Counted from the first letter of the stretch, positions 27,901-42,900 are shown. The stretch is 64,000 bases of DNA from Negaprion brevirostris (GCA_030324005.1 JARDVH010000042.1:83003332-83067331); one strand, 5' to 3'. Made by a program: numbers and translations. The notes: generated by a model from the sequence alone, not told the origin.

Positions 27901-30900
27901 AGTACCACCTGCAAGTTCCCCCTCTAAGCCACTCACCATCCTGACTTGGAAATATGTTGCTGTTCCTTTCAGTTACGGAGTCAAAAATCCTGGAATTCTC
28001 TCCCTAATGGCATTGGGGGTCAACCCACAGCACATGGAATGCAGCAATTCAAAGGCAGCTCACCCTCTCCATCAAGGGATGAGTAATAAATGCTGGCCAG
28101 CCAGTGATGCCCATATCCCACAAGTGAATGAGAAAACTTGTCAATTATTGATCTACTTTTGGATACTAGATCTTTCTGTAGTAATTGCTACTTATGTTCA
28201 TTAACATGCAAGTGTTGTAATTGCATACTTGATGACACAAATGACTTAAACTATCCCTGCTCAGATGTTTCTCCTCTTAATTTTCACTATTTTGAATGTC
28301 TTGGATAACTTGGCTGTATACTGCTCAAACTATTCAACCAGCTCAACAAACCACTAGGATACAATTGCTTTGAGGTGATGTGATGTTGGGCTACTGCCAG
28401 TGACGTTTCAGCAAAAATCATTTTGCATCAAGAGGAATAAAGCTAACATATCTTTCTACAAAGATTCTTTTCTTTTTCCTTGAATAGGGAAAGAGCCCTA
28501 TTTGGTCTTCACTAATCGCCATGATATTAGGAAAATTGGACTGCGCCACATGGAATATACCCAAATAGTTTGGCAACTGAGAAATGCTGTAGCCCTTGAT
28601 GCTGATGTTGCAGCACAAAGGATCTTCTGGGCTGACTTGCAAGAGCAAGCAATTTTTAGGTATGCATTATATTGTGAGCTGTAACAAACTTATTAAATTT
28701 GTATCCAACTCTAGATAAACCCTAAAGGTCTGATTACTTAGCTGGGGCAGTCATTGTGGAGAGCAGAACTTCAATCTCTGTCTTTTGTACATCCTGATAT
28801 CCACTTTCTAATCACAATCTTCTACCCTGCCTGCACATTCAAACTGAAATATAATATGAAGGACAAAAAGCTCACTAAGCAAGAGACCTAGCTAGAAGTC
28901 AACAGCACAAGTACAATGTCCCCAACCTGTGAAGTTTGCATTGAAACAGCTGAATTTACTATTGAATCTGTTTTCAATGNNNNNNNNNNNNNNNNNNNNN
29001 NNNNNNNNNNNNNNNNNNNNNNNNNNNNNNNNNNNNNNNNNNNNNNNNNNNNNNNNNNNNNNNNNNNNNNNNNNNNNNNNNNNNNNNNNNNNNNNNNNNN
29101 NNNNNNNNNNNNNNNNNNNNNNNNNNNNNNNNNNNNNNNATGGACACTTGGCATCCAAGGGGCTGCTAATTTAGATTAGTTCAGTTCATTTTGGTATACT
29201 GAAAGTATAAAATACTTTCCCATCCCCCACAAATTTTAATGTTTCATTTTAAAATGTATTTGCCCCTTAAGGGCTGATTTCATTATCTGAGATTAGGTCT
29301 CAAGGCAGTTTAATTGGAGGGGGCACAGAAGTTTAGAGCAATACATGTCTCACTTTGAATACAAGTTGTTGGGTTATTTCTTGAATTTTTTAAATTTGCA
29401 CAACCTGAAAATTGAAATACAATGACTGAGTTCTGACTACTCCTTGTATAGTGTGTCTATGGATCAACATGAAAATGCAGTTCATAAATCCAACGTTGTC
29501 AAAGATCTTGGAATCCCTGTGGGAATTGCTGTGGACTGGATCTACAAACACTTGTATTGGACTGATCGTGGCACTAAAACTATATCTGTTACTGATTTTG
29601 ATGGAACCAGAAGGAAAATCCTTTTTGATACAGATCTGCTAGAGCCAACTTCTATAGCTGTTGATCCACTATCAGGGTATGGCATTGTTCTTATGTTGTA
29701 CATCAAAATATTCCCCACATGCTTGAGCAGAAAGCAATTTGAACTGGTGGTTCATTTGTGATCATTCTGTCTTTTTGTTCTAAATTGAATTCCTTTTTGG
29801 CCTGGTCTGGGAACACGAACCTGTCCTTCCAATGGTTATTAATCAAAATTCTTTTTGGGTCAGTGAATATTCAAGACTGCAATGATAAATTTCAGTTGCT
29901 GCCAAAAGTCATAAAGATTCAGTGGCTACAACTTGTTTCCAATTTACAACTTCAGCATTTTGCTTTTGTGTTGTCCTGCTTTGTCACTGGAACTTAAAGC
30001 ACTGACTGCATTGCAAGCATTAATTTTCAAAGAATTGCATTTCATGCCTATGATTTGGCTTTTATAGGTTCCTGTACTGGTCTGATTGGGGTGAGCCAGC
30101 AAAGATTGAAAAAGCAGTCATGAACGGTAATGACCGTGGCCTCCTAATAGCTAGTGATATTCAATGGCCACATGGCATTGCTCTTGGTAAGTATATTATT
30201 GATTTTTGTAAACTGGAAGGCCCAGCTTTGGCATTATTATACAATGCACCTTTTTTCTGTCCACAGATCTTGTGAAAAGCCGTCTCTATTGGGTTGATCT
30301 GAAGCTGCACATGTTATCAAGTGTAGACTTGAATGGAAAAGATAGAAGAACTGTTCTTCAATCGAAAGAATTCCTCAGTCATGCTCTTGCAATTACCATA
30401 TTTGAGGCAAGTTGATTGTGGTGATAAAATGTCAACAGATGTTCAGCTTCTAAAACTAGTGCATGTGAATTGAATATATCTCAGTACCAATTGTTCAAGT
30501 CATGTTGCCTTCATGTTCCTGGTGCAAGATAGGTACTCCAAAAAAAAGCTGAGTAGACCTATCTAATGGGGATAGCCATTTGTCTAGAATCTGACCTCCA
30601 GCTTTTCTTCCCCACTTGCATTTTACCCAATCTCACCTCACCAGAGCTCTGAACTAATTTTGAACAGCTTTGCACTTTGGCAGAAAAATGGGAAAAATCA
30701 GCATCAGCTAGGCTCCCATTTATTGCTTAGTTTCTACAGCAATCTTTCACACCATGTATTCATCCTGTAACTCTTATTCTCCTTTAGTGTCTCATGCATT
30801 GCCAGTTAAATAGATCACTACAATCATGGCCTTGTTTGGCTACTTTTTTTGTTTCTAAGCTGACAGACCATGTAGCCATGGCATTTACTATTAGCTTTAG

Positions 30901-33900
30901 CTGAGGGAAGGAAAGAACAAATGAATTTTGTGCAAGACTGGAGAAAGTGCTACTTCAAAAGTGCTTGTCACTGAGCCTCACTTGTGCTGGAAACAATACA
31001 AAGTTGAAGATGTATTCTGTAAATTNNNNNNNNNNATAATTGAGACTGTAGCCAATGCTTTCTGCTTATTGGTCATGATCATCCAAGATACCATTTTATA
31101 ATTAGTTTTTGTTCAAATGGCTGTTTGTGTGGCTGCTGAAACAGGATTTGAAGTTGTACATAAGCTCTTGTATGTCAACTGGGGGCATGAGGAATAATGA
31201 ATTTACATAGGTGATTACATAGTAATTTCCTTGTCAATAGCTAAAGTTTATTATCTTGTTCCAGGATCATGTCTTCTGGTCTGATGGAGACAGTAAAGCA
31301 GTGTACAGAACCAACAAATTTACAGGTTCAAAAGTAGAGCTTTTGGCTGCCAACCTAACTGAACCACTTGACATCATTGTTTATCATGCACTGACACAAC
31401 CAGCAGGTGAGCAATCTGGTCAGATAGTGAAAAGCTCTTGCCTATTATGACTGAATATATGGTAAGTAATTGCTAGCTCACAATTGCCTGAGGTGAGGCC
31501 AGATATGATTGATCTTTCTTGGCTGTTTTTTTTTTTAAATCTACTTTACCTTCCAAGTGAAGATGAAATGGGTTTTCCAGCATTTTGCAACTATCTCAAC
31601 CCCTCTGCTTAACAACCTTAGCCACCTTCTGGACCCCAAAATCCAATGGCAGCTTCCCCAATAAATCTGGACCTTGTAATCCTACACCCAGGTTTCCACC
31701 AAAGGCCTGGACTTTGCTGTACTGTTGACTGGAAAACCAAGTTCAACTTTTATTGCACACCAAATCTCTAACAAATTCCTAATAAGGCACATTGCTACAG
31801 AGTTATTTGAAGTCTTTATTGAAGTCACCTAATGGTGTGAACTTGCCCATTCAGTTCCCACCAAGATTCTTGGAGGTGATGTATTCAATTTTGAGGCAAC
31901 TGTTGCAGCATGAAATTTTTTGGAGTTCTTGAATTTCTCCAATCTTCTACCTTCTGTCACTCTTGTGCATCTCCTCCCAGATGTGATGCCTGAATCTTAA
32001 NNNNNNNNNNNNNNNNNNNNNNNNNNNNNNNNNNNNNNNNNNNNNNNNNNNNNNNNNNNNNNNNNNNNNNNNNNNNNNNNNNNNNNNNNNNNNNNNNNNN
32101 TAAATGCTGTTGCAAACTGCTTTCACTGATGCCAGGGGCTGGGTTCCACTTCAGTGTGGGTGACTATTCTGCGATCTTCCTCCCACAAAGATGTAGGTTA
32201 GGTGGATTTGGTCCTGCTGAGTGTGCAAGGATAGCTGGGCAACATGCTTTTTCCAACTTGATGGGCACTATGGCCTCCTTCTTCTGTGCTGTACAGATTC
32301 CATGGGTTTATACAACCCAAGGCCCCATGTGCACAGTTGACAAGTTTAAAACTCCATCTCACTCTGCATAATAAATCAGATGGTCATAATCCCCACATCA
32401 ATTGTCCTACAGTTTATTGGCAGATTTACTTGGAGCCCTCAAGGTGAAAAGACTAAAGTGCAGCTCCATGTAAACTGGCTGGAGTGTCATGGCACTGGAG
32501 TACCTCTGCCATTCTTCAGACAGGAGCTAGGAATTACTGAGGGAATCAGCATTGCTTGGTAAGAGTTGGGTGAGCATTGCCAGGAGCTAAAGTTGTGTCA
32601 CTTCCAAAGTTGGCTGATCTAGACCTATTAAGTGCACAGCAGCTTGTGGTGATGGCACATGATATTCCAACTCTACTCAGTTACTGGATTCCAACTCTAT
32701 ACAGAAGAGATAGGCTCCATCTAGGCCAATCCAAAAAACTTCACCATTGGCCCTGTTCAGACACAAGGCACTTGCTTACAATCTCTACCATAAAAACTGC
32801 AACACATCTGGATAGATGAGTAGAAAATATTTCTCTTGTAATGGAATCAAATTCATGGGAGCCATTTGCTATGAAATTAGATTTCACAATAAATGGCTGC
32901 ATCTGTTTCTGATGTCAATTTGTTTTAATCCAAAGTTGGTAGTAACATTGTGTAGATTTAAATTTTAAGGGTATTGAGAATCAACTAATTAGAATTTTTC
33001 TGCTGGAAAAGTTCATTTAGAACCAGACTTTTTTTATTGCAGGCAAAAACTGGTGTGCTGAGAATCAGAAGACCAGAAGCTGTGAGTACATGTGTCTTCC
33101 AGCTCCTCAGACTAGTAGTCATGACCCAAAATACACTTGTGTGTGTCCATCTGGAATGAAACTGCAAAGAGATGGGTGGCAATGCAGAATGGGTGAGTAA
33201 ATGAGGTTGCAAACTCTTGCTTCAATGGCTAATCTAACCATGGTCTGTTAATTCATCAGGCTGGGTACTGGGGCATCAATTGTGCATTTAATTTCTGAGC
33301 TGGGACAAACCCCCCACAATTGTAATTTGCTTTCTTTAATTGAACAAAAATAAGATATTCACAAGGGAGAGACTATTTGGAAAATCAGTTAATATTTCTC
33401 AGCCCTTAAAATAATAACCTGTTTTCAACATTGTAAAATTGTGCAGTAGGAAAATATCCTTTTATGGTCCCTGAAAAGTAGAATCTATATTAATTGTGCT
33501 TTTCCATTTAGTTGCTACATGTGGAGCATCAGACTTTGTGTGCAAAAACAGACAATGCATTCCTAGTAGGTGGCAGTGTGATGGTAAAGCAGATTGTGAA
33601 GATGGATCTGATGAAAGTACAGAAGTCTGCCGTAAGTACTTGTTCTCCCATTCATTTACCATTTATCTACCTCAACAGTTGGATTTCAATTACTTTGCCA
33701 GAAGTCAAACTTTTCACAGCTGTGCAATCTAGTGCTGGGGTCTTTTGGTTAGGAAATCCTGATTAGATTGCCCACTGATCTCTTCTGGCCATGGTAATTT
33801 TACTGCACTCAACTTCAGCATCGCACTTTGGAACCTGGTGTGGGCTTTAAATATTCCCTTGAGTTCTAGCCTTTTTTAAATCTGTAGCACCAAAGCCCAG

Positions 33901-36900
33901 GTAACTACTTAGTGTTGGGGCCAGTCTTTTTGAGGATGTGGTTTCTTGATGCTCCTACAATTTTTGGCCATGTTTGAGATTTATCCTTCTCTTTAGACCA
34001 TCTTCTTGAACTTGGATACTATTTAGCTGTGTTGAATGATTTAACTTTTCCTAGAATGTGATAGAATCACAAAACTAGACAATAGAGGCCATTTAGCCCT
34101 TGTGCAAACAAAATAGCTATTAGGCCAAATATCAGGATTTGATTTGGGGTTTTTTTCTAATGCATGCATTAAAGTAAAAGGCTTTTTGCAAAGGGTCTTT
34201 CTACCAACTGCTTTCACAGCATGACCCTCCCATTTATAAATGGAAGATCCCAGAAAAGATGAACCATTTTCCACATTGTGGGAGCCACTTTCTCCTTGAA
34301 GGCAAACTGAGACCAGAGAACTGTCAGCCAATTGACAAGAGTCCATGACCTCAAACTCCAGACTATGGTTTAGTGGAAAACCAGATTTCCCAGTGTTTTT
34401 GTTTTAGATACTTACTTCCAAGTCCTGAGGCTTGCCATTGACTGCCCCCCACCCCCCCCCCCTTGCAGTATTCAGTCCAGTTTCCTAGTCAGTAGGAATT
34501 CTGCAGTGAACAATTTTCCACCTGACTGCTAAACCACCAGCTACAAAGAAGCCTTGAGGCTTCAGTTTGACTTTTGCTATTCCTGATGCATGCCAATGTC
34601 AGCAGCCTCCCAAAGTAAAAATTGGAGGGCAGACAGAATCCAAAAAATCTAGAAGCAACAACTTGTCCAAATTCAGTAGCAGAACTTTGCAGGCATTGAT
34701 CAAACTTGGCAGTCACCCATGTACCCATCAGAACCCTACTGAAGGCACCAAATGGTAAATGAAAATTCCAAAAAAATTTGGTTTTAGCTAATATTCTTAT
34801 GCCCTCTTTCCTGAAGAGCTGTGCTTCTGAACTGTCAAACTTCTCCAAGGTCTGATATCTGAAAGTCCACTTTCTCGGAGTGAATGTTGCATGAACACTC
34901 CTTTCTTTTTGCAGTATTAGACCTGCACTTGGAAATAGCTGTGCCCCTTTCTCAATCTGCTCCAATACGTATAATTTTAGACAAAGGTGAAATCATGTAA
35001 AGGAGTACAATTCTGTTTCAGATAAAATTACCTGTCTCATCCATGAGATCAGTTGTGGCCCTGGATCCCTTCAATGTATCCCTGCTGCTTGGCAGTGTGA
35101 TGGAGAAAAGGACTGTAATAATGGTGGTGATGAGATTAATTGTGGTAAGTTGAAGCACAAGCTTTTCTCTGCCTTTTTTGTGGGTGGGTTCAAATAGAAG
35201 TGTAACTAAATCTATTGACTTGGTTTGTTTTGTAGTTGTGTGAACTCTTGTATCTGCACTGTAGTGCAGACCAATAGTCCACAATTGTAGCACACAGCCT
35301 AGGTACTTTGCTCAATGGCCATTGCTATCAGGTTTTTCCTAAGCTTGTACTAGATTAACTTAAAGCAGCAGTTTGAAATATTTTAAAATGCTGGTCATTT
35401 GAAGCAAACCCATACAAGATATTTAGGCTTTGCCTAATTTAAAGCAATCTAATTGCAGCCACTTTGTTCCCACATGCCTTCTACTCATGTGCTTGAGGAA
35501 GGTACTCAACATACAACTTAAAATGTCACCCTCCATTTAGACATGTTCTAGATGCAAACTGCCAAACTTTTCCTTCCTGGAGGGGAAGTGGGGCTGTGTA
35601 TTTCAGAATACTGAGGAAATCTCTTTCTAAGACCAGTAGTCCTCCTTTTGACTACAGTACTGTGCATTTAACAATAGGGTTTTATAGTCTTGAAGTTAGA
35701 CATTTTAGTGCTACCCCCAACCCCAATAGTGGGTTTCATTATGAAGTTAAGTTTGCAATACTGCCATTGAATTTGTCTTTTAGAACTTGCATCTCGTCAC
35801 TAGTCAAGCAGAACATTCTAAAACCAAGTCAGTAAATGTTGTTAAAGCTTTAATTTACCTAATCTGAATTACCTTATCTGCAGCTGAGTGGACCACTCTG
35901 AAATTGATATTCTCATTTTTTTTTCAGGTGAAATAACCTGTAGCCCTGTTGAGTTTGCTTGCTCCAGTGGTAGATGCATTTCCAGGGCCTTTGTCTGCAA
36001 TGGTGAGGAGGATTGCAGTGATGGAAGTGATGAGAAAAGTTGTGCTTCAGTTACATGTGGCACTCATGAGTTTCAGTGCAATAGCTTGGAGTGCATATCT
36101 TTAAATTGGGTATGTGATAACAGTGTGGATTGTGCTGATGGATCTGACGAGACACTAGAACATTGTGGCCATACAATACCCCCTCCTGTGGCCTGCTCTC
36201 CTGCAGAGTTCCTATGTGATTCGGGTGAATGTATCCATCGTCGCTGGCGTTGTGATGGCGATACTGACTGCAAAGATGGAAGTGATGAGGCTAACTGTCG
36301 TAAGTAGATTACTTGTGCTACTTTGACTACATGCTGCAGTATTTAATTTGTCAGATCCAAGTGTGCAATTCAAAGCTGTACAAATTGCTAGACTCTAGTC
36401 TGTCTTTAATCTCTATTCTTTAGTTGGTTCCCCTCAACCAGCACCTTACTTTCAAGGATTGTTTGGTTGTATTTGAGCAGAGATGGCAAGGGTTGCATAT
36501 GGTGGCTTGAATGAGTAATTTTTAAGTGCCGTTGCAGATACTTATGAACATGGAGCACTTGTGATTATTAAGTGTACCTTAAATGCAGAATTGCATTGCT
36601 CATGTAAACACAAGTCAACATGACCTAGGTTTGTTAAGTGCTCTAGGATGCAATCAGACATCAACACTCAGTTTTATGATCATATCTAAAACCATTGCTC
36701 TGGAATTGCAGTTCAGCATTTGAATCTGGCACAAGTCTCCAGTGTAATCCCTGCAAACAAAACATAATTTTCCTCTGGGAGGCAAAATATCTTCCAGCAA
36801 CTTTTGAATTGTACCTGGAGCACAAGCATGCATTTATGGAGAAATATTCTGATTCTTGCAGTACCCTGTTAGCTAGTCTACCAAACTTTATTCTAATCCA

Positions 36901-39900
36901 TGTGAACTATCCTGGTCCTGAGCACTAACTTTGTACAACCTATCACTTGTACTGAATACACTTTAAAAATCATCTGTCTCCTAATCTCAAAGATGGTTTT
37001 AGATCTGTGAACATGTCCATGCCAACTGACATTTTACTCCATTCCATTTGGCTGAAGTTTTGATCTGTATCTTTTTTCAGCTCCTTTAACATGTAGACCT
37101 GGTGACTTCATATGTGGTGATGGCAGTTGCATACCTGGAAATAAAAAATGCAATCAATTTAGGGACTGTGATGATGGTAGTGATGAAGTGAACTGCAAGG
37201 AAAGTAAGTAAATTTAATTATTGCTCTGATTAAAGATCAGTATTATAAAGCTCCTGCTCTTACTCTATGCTATAGTTTCAGAGTGCGCTGGACCTACTGA
37301 CTTCAAATGTCAAAGTGGGGAATGCATAAATATCACCCAAGTGTGTGACCACAAGCAGGACTGCAAGGACTGGAGTGATGAACTTAATGGGTGTAGTAAG
37401 TAAACAGCATCACTTATTGCTCTACCAGTTCAAAATTAATTTATCCATTTTTGGGGGTGCTGTCTAAGAACACTCTACACTTTGTGTAATTGACAGCAAA
37501 TGTTAAGCTTTGTAGGAAGTGAGACAAATTTGAACTGCTAATGCAACTTTTAATTGCAGCATGAATTAAAGTATGTCCATTCCTGCTGAGATTATGGAAA
37601 CATTTTATATAAATGTAAAGATTTGATCCCACAAATTGTTCTGGACTCTTGGTGGTTCAAAATAAAAACCCAAACTTAGTAATGTGACTTGCTCAGCAAT
37701 CCACAATTTGATCCGCAAGGATTTTCCAGTAAATGGTACTATTGCGCAGTGATTTACTTGAATTCATTTCATTTCTTCAGACCAAAATGAGTGTTTGAAG
37801 AAGAATGGAGGTTGCTCTCACTTCTGCCACGACCTTGTCATTGGTTATGAATGTGAATGCCCTGCTGGTTTTGAATTGATTGATCACAAAAATTGTAAAG
37901 GTAAGTGAATGAATGTTGACTGACCCTTTCACCAAATAAAATTGTTTTGTTTTTACTTTAAGTTTTTTTTTGTTTTGTCTTCTCAGACATAAATGAGTGC
38001 CACAATCCTGGATCCTGCAGTCAAATTTGTATAAATATCGAAGGCAGCTACAATTGTGAATGTCATGCAGGTTATCTTGTGGATCCAACTAGTGGTGCTT
38101 GCAAGGCAGTAGGTAAGTGTGAAGCTGTTTGCTGCCTGATTTGATTACGCTTCTTCCTCCCCCCAATTTGTCTGGGATTCAAACGACTTTTAGAAGTGTC
38201 CCTTTGGGTCTTGCTTATTTACTACCTATCCAAATAAGCATCAAATGGAGTGATTTGGGACTTAAGAGGGTTCCCTTGTTGACAACTACATACCAGATGA
38301 GATCAATTATTTGACACTTAGCTGAACTTGTTAAACTATCATGACTTTATGCAGACAGTAGCACTGCTACCTCAGTGCCAGGGACCCAGTGCCATTCTAT
38401 CATTGGGTTGGGTAGAATGTGCAAACACCACACAAAGATGGTGTGGGTAGATGGATTGGCCATGGTGAATGTGATGTTACAGGGATGGGGCCTGGGTAAG
38501 ATGCTGAGTTGGTGCAGACGTGATGGATCACCTTGCACTAAGAATTCTGATGTAAAATGTATAATCTTGCTTCCTTAGCAATCTAATTTCACTGGCTCTT
38601 TTTAAATCTCTGAACTTGCTCTTTAGGAAAAGAACCATATCTGATTTTCACAAATCGCCATGACATTAGGAAACTAGGACTACGTCACCAAGAATATACA
38701 CAAGTAGCAACACAATTAAGAAAAGTTGTAGCACTGGATGCTGACATTGCAGAACAGAGAATCTTTTGGGTTGACTTGGGGCAGCGAGCAATTTTCAGGT
38801 AATATACACTTCATAATACTGGTACTAAACTTCAGTTAACACATGAATTGTACAGTCCCTTGAGCCTTGCATACTCTATTTCAAATAGACCTGAAGTTTG
38901 TTTTTTAACCACCTTGGTACTCTCTCTTTTTCAGTATGCTTATGAATAAAAGTGGGAAGGCTGGTATTTCCCAAATCATTGCTGATCTACAAATGCCTAT
39001 GGGGATTGCAGTTGATTGGATCTCCAAGCACATCTACTGGACTGACAGTGGGACCAAAACTATATCTGTGGCTACATTTGATGGAAGCAAAAAGAAGATC
39101 CTCTTTGATTCTGACCTGAGGGAGCCAGCATCTGTAGCAGTTGATCCACTTTCTGGGTACTATACATTGTATGACTAAAGGCTATCTGAAAATATCAGGC
39201 TGTTTCAAACAAATTTTAAATGTTATCTTTCTGGTATTGGACTAGTTCTTGGTACAGTATTGCAGCTCAAGCCATTTTGAATTCTATAGTCAGTCCATCC
39301 TTTTGATTTTGAAAGTCAAATTGCCATTCAGTGATTGTATTCTAGGGGTTGAGGCAAAAAGCCATGTGCAGGGTGATGGGAGAAGTGGTAGTGGTTGCAG
39401 AGGGAGTGGTCTTTTGAACACTGCAAGCTAAGCACATGGTTTGGGGAGGTGGTGGGGTGGAGAGTTGCTGGATTTGGTCAAATTTTGAGCAAATATTTGA
39501 AGTTAGCATACACAAGATCATTTTGGAGATTTGTAGGTACTATAGTACTGCTGTTTTAATAACATCTAAAACAAAAAAATGCAACTTGTACTACAGTGCT
39601 ATTTTATGCATTAAATTTGCATTACAATTAAGCCAAAGGATATTTGCATTCAAATTTTTAGTTTTTGCAAGTAAAACTTTAAAATGTTTGCTACTTGGAC
39701 AGAACATCTGCTTATTTTGTGATCTGTTTGTTTTGAAGGTATATTTACTGGTCAGACTGGGGTTCCCCAGCAAAGATTGAAAAAGCAGGCATGAATGGTG
39801 TGAACCGCCAGCTCCTGGTTACTACCAAAATTCAATGGCCAAATGGCATTGCACTTGGTAAGTAAGGCTTTTTTAGTTGTAGACTTCCTAATTTTTAGAC

Positions 39901-42900
39901 TTTCATAATAATAATAATACTTCAAACTTCTTCAGATCTTGTGAAGAGCCGTCTCTATTGGGTTGATGCAAAGTTTCATGTGTTATCAAGTGTGGATCTA
40001 AATGGTCAGAATAGAAGAACAGTATTACAGTCCCAGGAATTCCTCTCTCATCCCAGTGCAGTTGCTTTATTTGAGGTAATACAATCTTTTTTATTTGGGA
40101 CCTGACTGCCTTGTTATAATCCTAGAGTGGAACTCCAGTTTTAATCATTCTTAGCTGTGGATGAACAAATGTTTCATGTAAACCAATAGGCAAAATGTGG
40201 TCAATGACAGATTCCCTCATTTTATACAAATTTCTCTTCAAATCTCAGATGTTTGTCATCTGAGTTAGCTGGTCTTATTGACACCCTTGATTTTCACATT
40301 CCAAGAGGTTTTAGAAACCTTTCCCAAGCAACACTCCTCTCTTCACCCAAGGAAGCATTGTCAGGATTTCAATCTGTCTCCCTTTTTTTATGCCTTGGAT
40401 TTCTACGTGAAGTCTCTGGTACTCAGCTATGCCAACAAACTGCTCCACAGGCTGTATTAAGATGTCAACTGTCAATGTTCTCATTGCGTTCTCTCTCTCT
40501 TTTTCCNNNNNNNNNNNNNNNNNNNNNNNNNNNNNNNNNNNNNNNNNNNNNNNNNNNNNNNNNNNNNNNNNNNNNNNNNNNNNNNNNNNNNNNNNNNNNN
40601 NNNNNNCCCACCAACCAAGCTGGCTTTAAATCTAGTTGCTGCAACTGCCTCCAAATACTTTCTTTTAAATTCTCTTGAGCAGGACCTCCAACTTGTTTGT
40701 CATACCTTTTTTGTCTCCTGAGACTTTTCTCCAACTCTTTCTGCATCTTTTTTCAAAGTATCCTCCATGAAGGTCTCTTTTTAAAAAAAAAAACTTTGGT
40801 CCCTGTGCAAAGCTGACTATTTGGGGTTCTCAAGTTGTTTACTTTAAATTTATTACCATACCAGGACCTGAACTAACCTGTTAACCTCCAAATACAACAC
40901 TACTTTGAGAAGGATGGTCATACTTTTCTAGTACAAGTTGTGCACCATTTTGCTTGTGCAATTTAAAAATTCTAATGCAGACAAGGAAGTTGAATATGCT
41001 GAAATGGAAAAGCAAATAGAATTCCTGATTTCACTTTGGCCAAGGCAAAGTGGAAATTTCAGATCTAGCCCTGGTATTGAACATTTTCTTGTTTTTGCAA
41101 ACTGGATTTAAACAGTGAAAGGAGTTTCATGCAATCTAATTGCTTTGATACTGCATGGCCATAAACAGGGTTTAAGTTTAATGAACATGATCAAAAATTT
41201 AGTATGATATCCTCCCTAAATTTCCAGGACCATGCATTCTGGGTTGATGTGGCAAGCCAAACAGTTTATGGAGCCAATAAGTACAGCGGTGGTGATGTGA
41301 AAGTTTTGGCTTTAAACATTGAAGCTCAAGATATCATTGTTTATCATGAACTAGTGCAGGCACCTGGTAAGTATGCTACAGGACTCACTGCTTCACACTT
41401 CCTACATTTCTGCTATGGGCCTTTTTTCCTGAGACTAGATTCCACAGTATGAACTTTAAAAATGTGTATTTCATAATGTGGGCTGTCTGAGTTGCTAGCT
41501 GCGTTCTGTATGCAGGGATGTTTTGGGGTGAAATTGGACTGGAATCGGATCTTATCAATTGAACATCCATATTTAGTGGAGAGCACAGTCCATAACTAAT
41601 TATACATAACTGAGAAATGATAAACTTTGAGTCTTCCAGCATGATACTGTCTACTCACATTAATGTATGAGTAAATATGCACAATACACTTGGTTAAAAC
41701 CAGCGTGCTCAGATTTCAGCAACTACCTGGAAATATACAAACCTTAATGTGATTTTTTTTAATTCCCAGGGAAAAACTGGTGTGGCCATGTAGCTTGTGA
41801 ATACATGTGTCTTCCTGCTCCTCAAATCAACAGTCACTCAGCAAAATATACTTGTGTGTGTCCAGCTGGAATGGAGTTGAGCAATGATGAACAGCAATGT
41901 TACTCAGGTATGTGTATGTTTTTGTCTTGGGAGCTGTTTCCAGTATTTTAGCTTGACCTTTTTAGACATTTAGATCTATGACTTGGTTCCCCTGAATTGG
42001 ATTTGAGTGCTACTGAAGAGTCTTACTCCTAGGCAAGTATTTGTACTACAATTTTCCAGAAGTGCTAAGTCTGCTATGCTGGGAACTATTCAAATTGCTA
42101 ACTTCAGATGGTTCTGCTTGTAGCTTTCCTGAAAAGGTGGAAACAAACCATTTCAGCGTAACACCTTTTTAATGTACAGTTTGATACCACCCCTGCCAGT
42201 TCCTCCTGACTCCACAGGACCCTCCCTTGAACCAATCTAGACTGCTGCTCTAAACATGGCTCAATTTTTCAAGTGAAAAGTGTGGGTATCTAGAAGATTT
42301 CAGGTTTGCTTTAGAGCTCCCATTTATGTATGTAGTTGGTCCACTGTACAAAAAGCCCAAATCAAATGCAGTTGACACTAGGGCTTGAAGCAAAATGTCT
42401 TGCCCAACTAGTAACTTATTGCCATTTTAAGTTTGGTTTGGAACTGATCATAGTATCATTGGATATAGATTGGTTATCTATATACAAACGTGTATTTATT
42501 GCACCTTGAGCAGGATGCAGCCAACTAATTTACTAAAGACTTGATTTTTGAAACAACCAGCTTTAGTTGAATCAAACATGGTTTTTATTGTACTACCCAA
42601 ACTTTTAAACCATTTCAATTGACTTGTGTTGGGCAACAATTAAAGTAACCATTTTCCACAGCACATGTAAACTGATCAAGTACATAAGTTTCTGCATTCT
42701 GATCCTTTTACAGTGAATGTACAGCCTTCAAACATGTCTACAGTACCTTCAAGTGTTGCCCCAGGAGTTTCCTTCCGGTTACTTACTGTATTTCCAACCA
42801 GCTTGGCTACTTCCAAAGGTAATAGAATTAACAAGCAGCACAACCTTTTAACATGCATCTTAAACTTCTAAGCTAGTTTGATACATCTTGGCCTGTATCC

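Noticed and set aside
17190-33511. Three separate tandem VLDLR genes
   Set aside because: Junction introns are only 172 and 319 nt, with no TM, stop, promoter or signal exon; only one start and one tail exist
34489-34965. 158-aa minus-strand intronic ORF
   Set aside because: No domain or splice structure recognised; probably a decayed repeat or chance
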